Source: a virus. Taken from it: a stretch of 64,000 nt of DNA. Below, in pieces: positions 9,705-17,776 of the stretch. The notes under the pieces were generated by a model. The model was not told the DNA's origin. It made no database searches and saw nothing but the letters and a program-made list of their open reading frames with translations. The position numbers and the translations under genes are program-made. The DNA lies in the IMG/VR virus record IMGVR_UViG_3300007734_000755, positions 50,838 through 114,837 of that record; one strand, written 5' to 3'. The stretch's first letter is position 1, and each line of letters begins with the position of its first letter.

Positions 9705-10477
9705 ACTTCGTCCTCTGTTCTTTTATCAATTATTATTGATGACGAGGTTTCATACTCGTTCAGATCTTTATCTTGTATGTGTCTCTTAACCCACTCTAGT
9801 TTTATTCTTAGTTTATTTTCTAGCAGAATCTTATTAACCTGCTTTCCTATATAAAACGAAGAATATTCTGGATTTCTCAATTCTTCCATTGTCAATTCTG
9901 AGTGGGACATCAGTCTTTTCTTATCAGTTGATAGATAAATGTTCCTAGGAAATAACCCTTCAGCTGGAATTATATGATAAAATTTATTATCAATAAACTT
10001 AGTATTGAATTCATCCAAAACATATAGGTGTTCTTTTCTTTCTCCTGTTGGAGTTAGAAATTTTATCTCTCTAGTATCAAAGATTCTTAGTTTATTAAAC
10101 TTAAATTTATAAATTCTTTGATTCTTAGATACAACCTTCAATATTTGACTTTCTTCATCTAAGTAAAACTCTGTTACATTCTCAGCCAAAGGAATCTTTC
10201 CACTTAGAGATTGAATATAATATAGATGATTATATACACTCTTTTTTGAATAGGGCTTTACAAATTTTCCCTTTGGGAAATTAAGTTGTTTGTTTTCCTT
10301 ATCCATACCAATTCTACTCAGGTTCATAGAATAGTCTATGAACTCAAAAAACCGAGGTTTTGAGTTAATCTTGTAGAGAATTGGATTTCCAGTAAAATAT
10401 GAATGTATTAATGAAGAGATATTAAGGCCTATGTTAATCTCATCGTATTCATATATATGAGTTTTTAAATCATTCAT
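9596..10477 (-). CDS. hypothetical protein with degenerate Rossmann-like N-terminus
   Basis: YEYDEINIGLNISSL resembles yDviiiGgg.sgl with the glycines lost. Confidence 0.45.
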   Translation of the reverse strand: MNDLKTHIYEYDEINIGLNISSLIHSYFTGNPILYKINSKPRFFEFIDYSMNLSRIGMDKENKQLNFPKGKFVKPYSKKSVYNHLYYIQSLSGKIPLAENVTEFYLDEESQILKVVSKNQRIYKFKFNKLRIFDTREIKFLTPTGERKEHLYVLDEFNTKFIDNKFYHIIPAEGLFPRNIYLSTDKKRLMSHSELTMEELRNPEYSSFYIGKQVNKILLENKLRIKLEWVKRHIQDKDLNEYETSSSIIIDKRTEDEVWKDCREFTQTTWLGSFQYRMVHQMMDSRGRVLSLL

Positions 10478-10664
10478 TTATCCTTGTTGTCTCGTATGCT
10501 ATAAATCTATAGCCTACTATATCAGATATGCCATATTCTGGGGTCACCATAAATACGGGAATCAGTGATACCTCGGACCATTCTACATCCTCTGGCATAT
10601 CATTTAAGACTTCCATTAATTTTATGGGTTTTGAAAAAACCCTACTTTCATATTTTCTCTTCAT
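10470..10664 (-). CDS. hypothetical protein
   Basis: Coupled ORF. Confidence 0.5.
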   Translation of the reverse strand: MKRKYESRVFSKPIKLMEVLNDMPEDVEWSEVSLIPVFMVTPEYGISDIVGYRFIAYETTRINE

Positions 10665-10930
10665 TTTAATCCTGCCTCCGGATAATAAAACACCAACAAT
10701 TTCTCGGCAAGTGTGTTTTGACTCATATCTCGATCGTTACCCATGTTCATCATCCGACCCATATGGAACCAATAAAAGGTTCCATATTCTTCTACAGCCG
10801 GTAGGTCGTTGTCTCGGTGCTCACGCCACAGGTCGAGATCGTCCTTTCTTTTCCAGCAAAATGTTCGATATATTACTTCAGGGCTGTTATATCTTGATGT
10901 AATCGTGAGTCTAATTTTTTTCATATACAT
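10661..10930 (-). CDS. small paralogue 4 of tandem HR(D/E)NxLPA family
   Basis: KKIRLTI ... HRDNDLPAV...FYWF. Confidence 0.65.
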   Translation of the reverse strand: MYMKKIRLTITSRYNSPEVIYRTFCWKRKDDLDLWREHRDNDLPAVEEYGTFYWFHMGRMMNMGNDRDMSQNTLAEKLLVFYYPEAGLK

Positions 10931-11187
10931 CCTTTAATCAGGGGTAGGTCTTTAAGAGTCTTGTCATAGAAATGAGGGTAGTCTTCTCCTGTTCTCCAGG
11001 TGGCAAATAATCTATCCTTGTAATAATAGTCACAATGAGTAGACAGACAAACAGCTGGAAGGTTGTTTTCTCTATAATAATATGTGCTGTACTCATAAAT
11101 ATCAAAAAATACTCGGCACCACTCTTTATATGAGTCGTGCTTGTCCCTACCTTGACTTGTACGTAACAATATTTTCTTACGTCTCAT
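10921..11187 (-). CDS. small paralogue 3
   Basis: KKILL ... YRENNLPAV...DYYY...FATW. Confidence 0.65.
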   Translation of the reverse strand: MRRKKILLRTSQGRDKHDSYKEWCRVFFDIYEYSTYYYRENNLPAVCLSTHCDYYYKDRLFATWRTGEDYPHFYDKTLKDLPLIKGCI

Positions 11188-11468
11188 ATTTTAATATCTT
11201 CAAATTGAATTTCTGGAGTGAAGGTACATTCTTCTTCTGTTTCGTGTCTGCTCTTTATTATCAAAGCATTTTCGTACCAATAAAGATATCCAAATTCATA
11301 TGCAGCTGGTAAATCATTTTCTCTATATGAATAGAAAACGTTATCAGATTCACCTCGGAACCACTCCACGGAAAAATACCCTCTATCCCACGAGTGGTTA
11401 GTTTGGTGGTATGATAAATTTCTTTTAATTGAACTGGAGTTCAATACCAACCTAATTTTTTTCATCAT
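11184..11468 (-). CDS. small paralogue 2
   Basis: KKIRLVL ... YRENDLPAA...LYWY. Confidence 0.65.
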   Translation of the reverse strand: MMKKIRLVLNSSSIKRNLSYHQTNHSWDRGYFSVEWFRGESDNVFYSYRENDLPAAYEFGYLYWYENALIIKSRHETEEECTFTPEIQFEDIKI

Positions 11469-11722
11469 AGATATTTCTCTCGAAAGTATGGACGAACCAA
11501 TTGTAGTGGTCCTGGGCCTCTGACGTATCGTGGGCCAGGACTGTCACGATTCCAAGTGGCATAAAAACGCCCTTTTTCGTCATAATATACTCCCACTATA
11601 GAATCGTACTGGGCGGGTAGAGAGTGGTCTCTGTGTATTCCGTCGTAAACTTCACCTCCCTCCCAAAAATCCTTAGACCATGTGATGTAATCTCTTCTTA
11701 TTGTTAGCCTCACAGTCTTCAT
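11465..11722 (-). CDS. small paralogue 1
   Basis: KTVRLTI ... HRDHSLPAQ...VYY...YATW. Confidence 0.65.
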   Translation of the reverse strand: MKTVRLTIRRDYITWSKDFWEGGEVYDGIHRDHSLPAQYDSIVGVYYDEKGRFYATWNRDSPGPRYVRGPGPLQLVRPYFREKYL

Positions 11723-11730
11723 TTCTAATC

Positions 11731-12384
11731 CTAGGACAGTTGAAATATTTTTGATAAAGCCTCAGCGATAGCGTTCGCAACTTCTCTGTGTTCCTTCTGT
11801 GTTGCCACATCCTGCCGAACTTCAAGATAGTGGATCCACGATCTAATTGATCCCTTCATATACATTCTAGTCTTGGTTAAGCCCTCTGGGAGAACCTTAC
11901 GAGCAACTTCCTTTGCAATCCCCTTATCTATGGCCCACTCATAGGCTTCCTTGGATGACTTCAACACGCTCTCTTGATAGATCTTCCATTGAAGTTTTAG
12001 AGAATCATCCTCAATTTCTATTGAATTTTGACGATTTTTATCGTCTTGCAGTCTCGCATCTGAAAGCTCAAAAGTATCATCGAGATCTCTAATGTCTGAA
12101 TATCGTTGCGAAAATTCTTGGAACGAAAAGCTCCGGTGTCGTAGGATTTGTCTCGCTATATCTCTCGTTGTTTCTATTTCGAATGTTGCATCAACCATTT
12201 CTAGTGGTGACCAGTGGTGATTCTTTATAAGATATTTGATAAGGCGATCTGACGTTTGTGTGTTCATCTGGTTAGATGGATTTGATACTCTTGCGCAATA
12301 GGAAACGAGATCCTTGATATCTTCTATATCTGTTTCCTCTAACTTTCCCGCTGGCTTTGTATGTGATATTAAGCTAACCTTCAT
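11731..12384 (-). CDS. thyX: flavin-dependent thymidylate synthase
   Basis: CARVS, HWSPLE, RHRSFSFQEFSQRY signature, TQKEHR. Confidence 0.97.
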   Translation of the reverse strand: MKVSLISHTKPAGKLEETDIEDIKDLVSYCARVSNPSNQMNTQTSDRLIKYLIKNHHWSPLEMVDATFEIETTRDIARQILRHRSFSFQEFSQRYSDIRDLDDTFELSDARLQDDKNRQNSIEIEDDSLKLQWKIYQESVLKSSKEAYEWAIDKGIAKEVARKVLPEGLTKTRMYMKGSIRSWIHYLEVRQDVATQKEHREVANAIAEALSKIFQLS

Positions 12385-12405
12385 TTCTTCTCCTAGTAGG
12401 AGGTT

Positions 12406-12434
12406 AGTGTCTCATCTAGGGAGTTAGTTGTCAA
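12406..12434 (-). promoter_or_regulatory. sigma70-type promoter for the thyX...dnaE operon
   Basis: TTGACA-N17-GACACT preceded by TG. Confidence 0.55.
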
Positions 12435-13207
12435 CTGTCTTTTTCTATTCTAGATAGAAGTTGGTTTCTCTTCCAATGAAGTCCGATTGGATTTTCAACT
12501 TCTTTATTGACAAAATTATTTACTAACGAAGTTGCTTTTTTTATCGAGACAAAATTAATCCCGGCATCGGGAAGCTCCTTGGCATCATTGTTGATAACAA
12601 TGAAATTATCTTCTCCAAAATCACTCTTATATTTGTCCATGTTAGCGACACACATATGCCACAGATTTGAGGTGAGATCCGCAGGAAGAACACGATCTCT
12701 TTTTTCGTTCCTGTCAAGAGCCGTCTCCAGACTCGTATAGACAAAGATCATTGAGCAGTCATATCCTTGTCTTACTAGCTCCTTTCTTATTCCGTTGGTA
12801 ATTTTATAATCACCGCCCGTTCCATCAATAACAATTCCAATTCTTTCCTTGGAATATGAGTTAAGCAATCTATTCGTCTTATCCTTTGCTACAATTCTAG
12901 GTGAATTTGGCCCACGATTAAGCTTATGAAATTCATCTGGTGGGAGATCCGCAAGCTTAGAAGGGTCTACTCCGGCTTGTTTTAATAACATTGTATAAAC
13001 AGTATCGGAATTGGACATCTTTAATCCAAACCCGGTTAGGGTGTTCATGTTTCCCGACTTGTATCCAAATATTTTATTTGTAACATAGGACTTTCCAGAT
13101 CCAGGTCCCCCGGCCAAGAAAACAGCCTTGAGAGCCCCCTTATCATAAAGCCCCTCGGAAAGAACAGATGTTATCTCCTCTTGGATGAGTGTCAACAAAT
13201 TCTTCAC
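12431..13207 (-). CDS. P-loop kinase (zeta-toxin/AAA_33-like) with N-terminal LxE leader
   Basis: KAVFLAGGPGSGKS, IVIDGTG, ALDRNEKRDR lid. Confidence 0.75.
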   Translation of the reverse strand: MKNLLTLIQEEITSVLSEGLYDKGALKAVFLAGGPGSGKSYVTNKIFGYKSGNMNTLTGFGLKMSNSDTVYTMLLKQAGVDPSKLADLPPDEFHKLNRGPNSPRIVAKDKTNRLLNSYSKERIGIVIDGTGGDYKITNGIRKELVRQGYDCSMIFVYTSLETALDRNEKRDRVLPADLTSNLWHMCVANMDKYKSDFGEDNFIVINNDAKELPDAGINFVSIKKATSLVNNFVNKEVENPIGLHWKRNQLLSRIEKDS

Positions 13208-13455
13208 TTGTCCTCTTCTTCCTTTTTGATGCCTTGTGTGCCTGTGTACCCCTGTACCCCACCACCGGAGCAGGAGGACATCTCCTCAATGGTTTCTGAA
13301 TCTTCGGATTTCTCTTCTTCCTTCTCGGAAACAATGATTTCCTTGCCAGTTTTCTTGTCTATATTCTTCTTTGAGGACTTTTTTTTCTTGTCCTCCTTGA
13401 AGGTATTTTCAGCCAGAAACTGCTTCCATCTATTATTAATATCTCCATAATCCAT
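13204..13455 (-). CDS. small charged late protein
   Basis: GAGG SD; CTATTTA at 13474-13480. Confidence 0.6.
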   Translation of the reverse strand: MDYGDINNRWKQFLAENTFKEDKKKKSSKKNIDKKTGKEIIVSEKEEEKSEDSETIEEMSSCSGGGVQGYTGTQGIKKEEEDK

Positions 13456-13473
13456 AGTATTTTACCTCAACAA

Positions 13474-13480
13474 TAAATAG
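13474..13480 (-). promoter_or_regulatory. putative late promoter CTATTTA
   Basis: Recurrent motif, 19 nt upstream of ATG 13455. Confidence 0.55.
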
Positions 13481-13484
13481 AGTA

Positions 13485-14543
13485 TTATATAGTAATCTTG
13501 CCGATTCTATCGTCAACATTTATCTTAGTTACTCTATCAAACCCCTCTTCTTCGGTTGGCCTTTCATATCTATTCAACATTGATAAAATTACATCTCTTG
13601 AGATTTTCTTTGATTTTCCTTGAGTTCTCAACTGTTCGTCTCTATCCTGGTTTATTTTGATTAATTTTTCCATATTCGACTTATCAATCATGAAGTCAAC
13701 GGCCACTCTTGTAAATCTGTTTCTGTTAAATTTATTCAACCATTGTTTTCTTGTTTTGACATTCATGTTCGTCATATCAATAATGATATCCTTCTCGCTC
13801 TTAGCAGCCTCCTCGATATTTCGCTGAAGCATATTGCTAATACGTTTGTTTAGTTCTTCAATTTTTGGGTCATTTTTCCACATATCATTATATGTAAGTC
13901 CGTTTTCTTCCGCAACTCTATCAACAATGGCATCTCGAGATATAACAGTTGAACTGTTAAATTGCACATTATTTTTTATCCAAGTTGATTTTCCCACCCC
14001 AGGAGGGCCTATTAGGACAAAAAGCTTCTTCTTTTGTATGTCCTCTTGCCCCTCTATCATTGTATATGCCTCCGGAACATGAATAATTTTACATCCAAGG
14101 TTGTTATCGTTACAAAATTCCTTAAAAATAGGGAAATGTTCTTCGCGGTCATCATAAAACGTTATGTAATCAATATATGGGTTGTTAGACAGCAGACTTT
14201 TTACGTGTGCTAGCTTAGATTCGGCTGCTCCACCATCATCGGCAAGCCCAATATATGGAAAACCTAGTTCTTTCTGGGATAATAATTCCTTAACTCTATT
14301 GGAAAACAACTCTTTTCTACCAGTAAGCATAATAACGTAGCATTCTTTGTCCGAGAGATGTTCAAAAGCCCTTTCGCATATTTCATTATTCCACCATGAA
14401 CCATCGGGAACCGGAGGAACCAGTGGCTCCATAAGGGAGGCAGTGTTTCCCCACCATTTTCCTCTCCATTTGTTTGGTCTTCTGGGGCTTTTAAATAGGG
14501 TCCCATCAAAATCAAATATGACGAGGTGTTTTATAACGTTCAT
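13485..14543 (-). CDS. HAD phosphatase plus P-loop kinase fusion (polynucleotide kinase/phosphatase-like)
   Basis: IFDFDGTLF, LTGR, FYDDR (HAD); GPPGVGKST, ISRD, IIDMTN (kinase). True start is ATG 14543 in an ATGA overlap with GGAGG SD, not 14783. Confidence 0.8.
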   Translation of the reverse strand: MNVIKHLVIFDFDGTLFKSPRRPNKWRGKWWGNTASLMEPLVPPVPDGSWWNNEICERAFEHLSDKECYVIMLTGRKELFSNRVKELLSQKELGFPYIGLADDGGAAESKLAHVKSLLSNNPYIDYITFYDDREEHFPIFKEFCNDNNLGCKIIHVPEAYTMIEGQEDIQKKKLFVLIGPPGVGKSTWIKNNVQFNSSTVISRDAIVDRVAEENGLTYNDMWKNDPKIEELNKRISNMLQRNIEEAAKSEKDIIIDMTNMNVKTRKQWLNKFNRNRFTRVAVDFMIDKSNMEKLIKINQDRDEQLRTQGKSKKISRDVILSMLNRYERPTEEEGFDRVTKINVDDRIGKITI

Positions 14544-14851
14544 ATGACCTCCGGTAATAAGGGTAATGGGCACCAGAGGTCTGGCGAGATCGGCGTATCC
14601 GTGCGGGGGTCGCGCATGGTGCCACCGACTTCGTAGGCGATACCGACACCGACCCAGCCGTCGCACCCGTACACGACATGCTGCCCCTCCGCTGGCCTCT
14701 CGTCTGCCAGCCTGCGCCAGCCTGCGGCGGCGACCTGTGCCCGCAGCGCCAGAGTCTCTGCGCCTGCGCGTGTTGGCATCCACCGTGGCTTTTGCACCTC
14801 AGCCAGCCGCTCCACGCGGTCGGCTCTAGCTAATATTTCGGTCGTAGTCAT
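14540..14851 (-). CDS. DUF551-like phage protein, high-GC foreign gene
   Basis: W..LADERP...W.PLP..P pattern; AAGGA SD; GC far above the flanks. Confidence 0.6.
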   Translation of the reverse strand: MTTTEILARADRVERLAEVQKPRWMPTRAGAETLALRAQVAAAGWRRLADERPAEGQHVVYGCDGWVGVGIAYEVGGTMRDPRTDTPISPDLWCPLPLLPEVI

Positions 14852-14862
14852 GATTTTATTCC

Positions 14863-15933
14863 TTAAAAAAATCTATCAATCATTTTGTAGCCTGATTTAT
14901 CATCAAAATCAGACAGTGCCTTAACTGTTTCCTGGAATTCATCGCAAACATATGGGTTATCCGAAAAGTAAGTTACAGCTCCTATTTTAGAGGCTGCTTT
15001 GCTTATCCATCTCTGGAAATCTTCTCTATTCGAGAAGTTCAATAAATCTTTTTCATTATAAATTTTCCAGGTTCCAAGTTCCTCGAGGACATCAATCTTA
15101 TTTACTATTAATTTATTTACTCCGTTCATCTTAATGGCTTGAGCTACCAGATTCCAATTCATCCAATTACACTGTCTCTTCCTTCCAGTTGTTGCTCCGA
15201 ACTCTTTTCCTAGTTCTTGAACTTTTGAGAAGATCGGATCACTTGGTTGAAAGTCCTTTGCTCCAACATAAGTGTCGTATGCCTTTATAACTCCATAAAC
15301 ATCTCTCATGTGTTTATGGTTAAAACCATTTAGCATAAGAGAGCCAATTCCACAATGGCTAGAGGTAACATATGGGTAATCTCCCCAATCTATATCAAGC
15401 CCAAAGGCTTGAGCCCCCTCTGCCAAAACAGAGAATACGTCATTTCTGGTATAAAATTCACTATACATATCGATAAGATATTTTTGTAACAATGGCTCAG
15501 ATTCTGCTCTCCGACCAGTTCTAGCATATTTGTTACTATATGCTGGACCATTCCCGGTCTTAGTCGTACCAATCCTGGAGTCTTTTGAATCGCTTAGAAT
15601 GTCTTCTGGTGTAACGATATGTGCGTTCTTGGCTACAAAGACAAGTCCTTCGGTTTTTATTCCGTTATCATTTAAATATTTTATTTCTTCCAAAAATTTA
15701 TCCACATTAAGAACACAGCCGGGGCCTACTATTGATTTAATACCGTGAAATATCCCAACAGGGATAAGATGAGTTACAAACTTCTTATTGTTGTGATAAA
15801 TGGTATGTCCAGCATTTCCGCCGCCAGAAAACCTAATACAATGTGTATATGACTTCTTTCTTGCCCAATCGTAACAAATTTTTCCCTTGCCCTCATCTCC
15901 ATATTGCAACCCCAAAACTACATCAACCTTCAT
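14863..15933 (-). CDS. purA: adenylosuccinate synthetase (short form)
   Basis: QYGDEGKG, GGGNAGHT, IGTT.TG.GPAY, EGAQ, YPYVTSS, EFGATTGR, NKID; start revised to ATG 15933 (GAGG SD). Confidence 0.92.
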   Translation of the reverse strand: MKVDVVLGLQYGDEGKGKICYDWARKKSYTHCIRFSGGGNAGHTIYHNNKKFVTHLIPVGIFHGIKSIVGPGCVLNVDKFLEEIKYLNDNGIKTEGLVFVAKNAHIVTPEDILSDSKDSRIGTTKTGNGPAYSNKYARTGRRAESEPLLQKYLIDMYSEFYTRNDVFSVLAEGAQAFGLDIDWGDYPYVTSSHCGIGSLMLNGFNHKHMRDVYGVIKAYDTYVGAKDFQPSDPIFSKVQELGKEFGATTGRKRQCNWMNWNLVAQAIKMNGVNKLIVNKIDVLEELGTWKIYNEKDLLNFSNREDFQRWISKAASKIGAVTYFSDNPYVCDEFQETVKALSDFDDKSGYKMIDRFF

Positions 15934-15958
15934 GATACCTCTTGTCTGTGATATGAAC

Positions 15959-15987
15959 ACTGTACCTCGTCCCAAGAAGAAGGTCAA
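15959..15987 (-). promoter_or_regulatory. sigma70-type promoter for purA
   Basis: TTGACC-N17-TACAGT. Confidence 0.6.
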
Positions 15988-15998
15988 GTCCGTGTTGA

Positions 15999-16349
15999 TT
16001 AATCCCTATATTTTTTCCAAGCATGTTTCTTTCTTCTTATCAAATATAGAGGGTTGTTTTGATTGTCGTGCGCCTCTCTCTCAAACGGGGATTCAAGATA
16101 TGCTAATTTAGAATTTTTATATTCTATCAATCCATTTAAATAATAATAGACATACAATATAAAAAACATAAAGAACCAAAGTTCTCTTTGTTGTCTATAA
16201 TGAATCATTTCGTGACGCCAAATTTTTTCTGGTAACTTATCCCGGCAGAAAATAAATATTCCAAGTGAAATTGCATAAATTTCTATAGGAGCGATCTTTG
16301 ACAAGACAATAGGAACCTTAGAATTCTCTACGATAATAGGAAAATCCAT
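15999..16349 (-). CDS. small HExxH (zincin-like) membrane-associated protein
   Basis: RHEMIH..QQ, hydrophobic segment, PFEREA third-ligand motif; start at ATG 16349 after GGAGG. Confidence 0.65.
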   Translation of the reverse strand: MDFPIIVENSKVPIVLSKIAPIEIYAISLGIFIFCRDKLPEKIWRHEMIHYRQQRELWFFMFFILYVYYYLNGLIEYKNSKLAYLESPFEREAHDNQNNPLYLIRRKKHAWKKYRD

Positions 16350-16365
16350 CTTGGCCTCCAAAGAA

Positions 16366-16405
16366 GAAAAGAGCTGCTGAATTAAATAGTCCAGCAGCTC
16401 TTTTC
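16366..16405 (-). terminator. intrinsic terminator whose loop contains ACTATTTA
   Basis: 14 bp perfect inverted repeat GAAAAGAGCTGCTG/CAGCAGCTCTTTTC followed by a U-rich tract on the minus strand. Confidence 0.75.
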
Positions 16406-16426
16406 CAGGCCAATATACTTTGATTA

Positions 16427-16687
16427 TTAAAAGATTCTAACGTGTCCGACAGGACGAGTATCGAGTAGTTTTATCCACTCATCTCTGTTTAGAGGGCATC
16501 CATATGGACCCTGAAGCATTTCAACTGCAACATCACCGGCCCTTGGATCTTGTGAAATGCTACGTCTAACCGTAGCTTCCCATATCTTTTGAGAGGCTCT
16601 GTTTGCTGCCTCGTTTCCAAAGGCTTGTCTGAACTCATCTAGAGTTGCACAAGGGTCTGGTTGTGAGAGAAATTGTTCAACTGTCAT
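16427..16687 (-). CDS. hypothetical protein
   Basis: ORF with GAGG SD. Confidence 0.6.
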   Translation of the reverse strand: MTVEQFLSQPDPCATLDEFRQAFGNEAANRASQKIWEATVRRSISQDPRAGDVAVEMLQGPYGCPLNRDEWIKLLDTRPVGHVRIF

Positions 16688-16689
16688 GG

Positions 16690-16941
16690 TTACACCTCTT
16701 CTAAATATCCAACCATACCAGATGTTGGTACAATTGAGAATTGTTTACCCTGAAAATCAAACTTTTGGATCGTTGAGGTAACGACAACTGCTAGTGCGCC
16801 ATTGTCCTTCCCAGACAGAATCTTAACAACCATCAATTCTCCGGGCTTCTTAGCCCAGGCCATCATTAGTTCTGCTCCAGTGGTTGATTCTTCAACCACT
16901 TCGGACACCTCAATATAACCATTGATTGGGTTTAATTTCAT
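16690..16941 (-). CDS. GroES-like co-chaperonin (divergent)
   Basis: MKLNPINGYIEV start, mobile-loop position, ...GKQFSIV...MVGYL end. Confidence 0.55.
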   Translation of the reverse strand: MKLNPINGYIEVSEVVEESTTGAELMMAWAKKPGELMVVKILSGKDNGALAVVVTSTIQKFDFQGKQFSIVPTSGMVGYLEEV

Positions 16942-17180
16942 TCTTCTTCTCCTGGCATCATATCAAACATTTCTGTTAGTTGATCCATATCCTGGTTATC
17001 CTTGCGGAGTTTATATGCCTTTAGAGCCGTCTTAATTTCTTCCTTAGAAAGCCATCCATTTTCAATATAGGACTTTCTAAGATCTGTCTTTTGTTCTCTA
17101 TACGGCTTAATTGCGTCCTCTAGTGCTGCCACCGAGGTAACATAATCTACTACGTGTTGTTCCTTTGTCTTCTCGCTCAT
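16938..17180 (-). CDS. T4 DsbA/GapR-like dsDNA-binding protein
   Basis: Helical pattern LEDAIK..REQKTDL...GWLSKEEIK.AL...K. Confidence 0.45.
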   Translation of the reverse strand: MSEKTKEQHVVDYVTSVAALEDAIKPYREQKTDLRKSYIENGWLSKEEIKTALKAYKLRKDNQDMDQLTEMFDMMPGEEE

Positions 17181-17199
17181 TGTGCTCCTTTTTTGTTTA

Positions 17200-17451
17200 T
17201 TAGAATTCTATTTCTAGTTCTTCTTGAACCACTTCCGTGGTTGTTGACTTCCAGTTGAATACCCGGAAGTCTCTTGCGTCTACATCATAGACCGTTTCGG
17301 ACCCGATGGCAAGGACCCTTTTTTTGTTTTCCTTATCCTCCGTCAGCCCTATTTTTGTCTTTTGTTCAATTGACATCTCTGATATTTTCAGAAATCTCAT
17401 TTTCCTGACTTCTCCGTTTTTCTTCCGGAATTCTCCGACTCTTACCAGCAT
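17200..17451 (-). CDS. SH3/WYL-like (DUF2693-like) protein
   Basis: F.KKNGEVR.M ... VYDVD..DFRVF. Confidence 0.6.
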   Translation of the reverse strand: MLVRVGEFRKKNGEVRKMRFLKISEMSIEQKTKIGLTEDKENKKRVLAIGSETVYDVDARDFRVFNWKSTTTEVVQEELEIEF

Positions 17452-17460
17452 TTTTTCCTC

Positions 17461-17706
17461 CTATCCAATCATTCCACTCTTGTGGATTACGTGTATAATG
17501 TTGTCTGTACGTCTAAACTCAAAACTTCTCCATTCGGAGTCCGTCTCTTCTCTGCCCAAAGAGGACAACGCGGCCAGCCTATAGCTCTCAAGTATGGCGT
17601 TACACCTCATTATCTCATGAGCCTCTTCTTCGCTCACTCTAAACGAAATGATGTGTTCGTCTTGTACACAATTACTGTGTGTACTTGTTATATTTATAAT
17701 TTCCAT
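17461..17706 (-). CDS. hypothetical protein
   Basis: GGAGG SD downstream of a strong promoter. Confidence 0.55.
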   Translation of the reverse strand: MEIINITSTHSNCVQDEHIISFRVSEEEAHEIMRCNAILESYRLAALSSLGREETDSEWRSFEFRRTDNIIHVIHKSGMIG

Positions 17707-17726
17707 ATTTGCCTCCGACAGGAGAC

Positions 17727-17755
17727 AGTATACTAGGGATAAATTATCTTGTCTA
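17727..17755 (-). promoter_or_regulatory. sigma70-type promoter
   Basis: TAGACA-N17-TATACT. Confidence 0.7.
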
Positions 17756-17776
17756 CTGCTAGAAAAAACTTATTCT

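Noticed and set aside
10661-11722. Diversity-generating retroelement or CRISPR-like array
   Set aside because: No nucleotide-level repeats, no template/variable pair and no reverse transcriptase or cas gene in the window
14544-14783. Arg-rich N-terminal extension of the 432-aa ORF
   Set aside because: Alternate-frame read of the GC-rich inserted gene; the real start is ATG 14543 with its own SD
14863-15933. PurZ / 2-aminoadenine (Z-genome) pathway
   Set aside because: Retains the PurA catalytic Asp (GDEGKG) and the GATTGR loop rather than the Ser-substituted PurZ motif; no DatZ or MazZ neighbours seen
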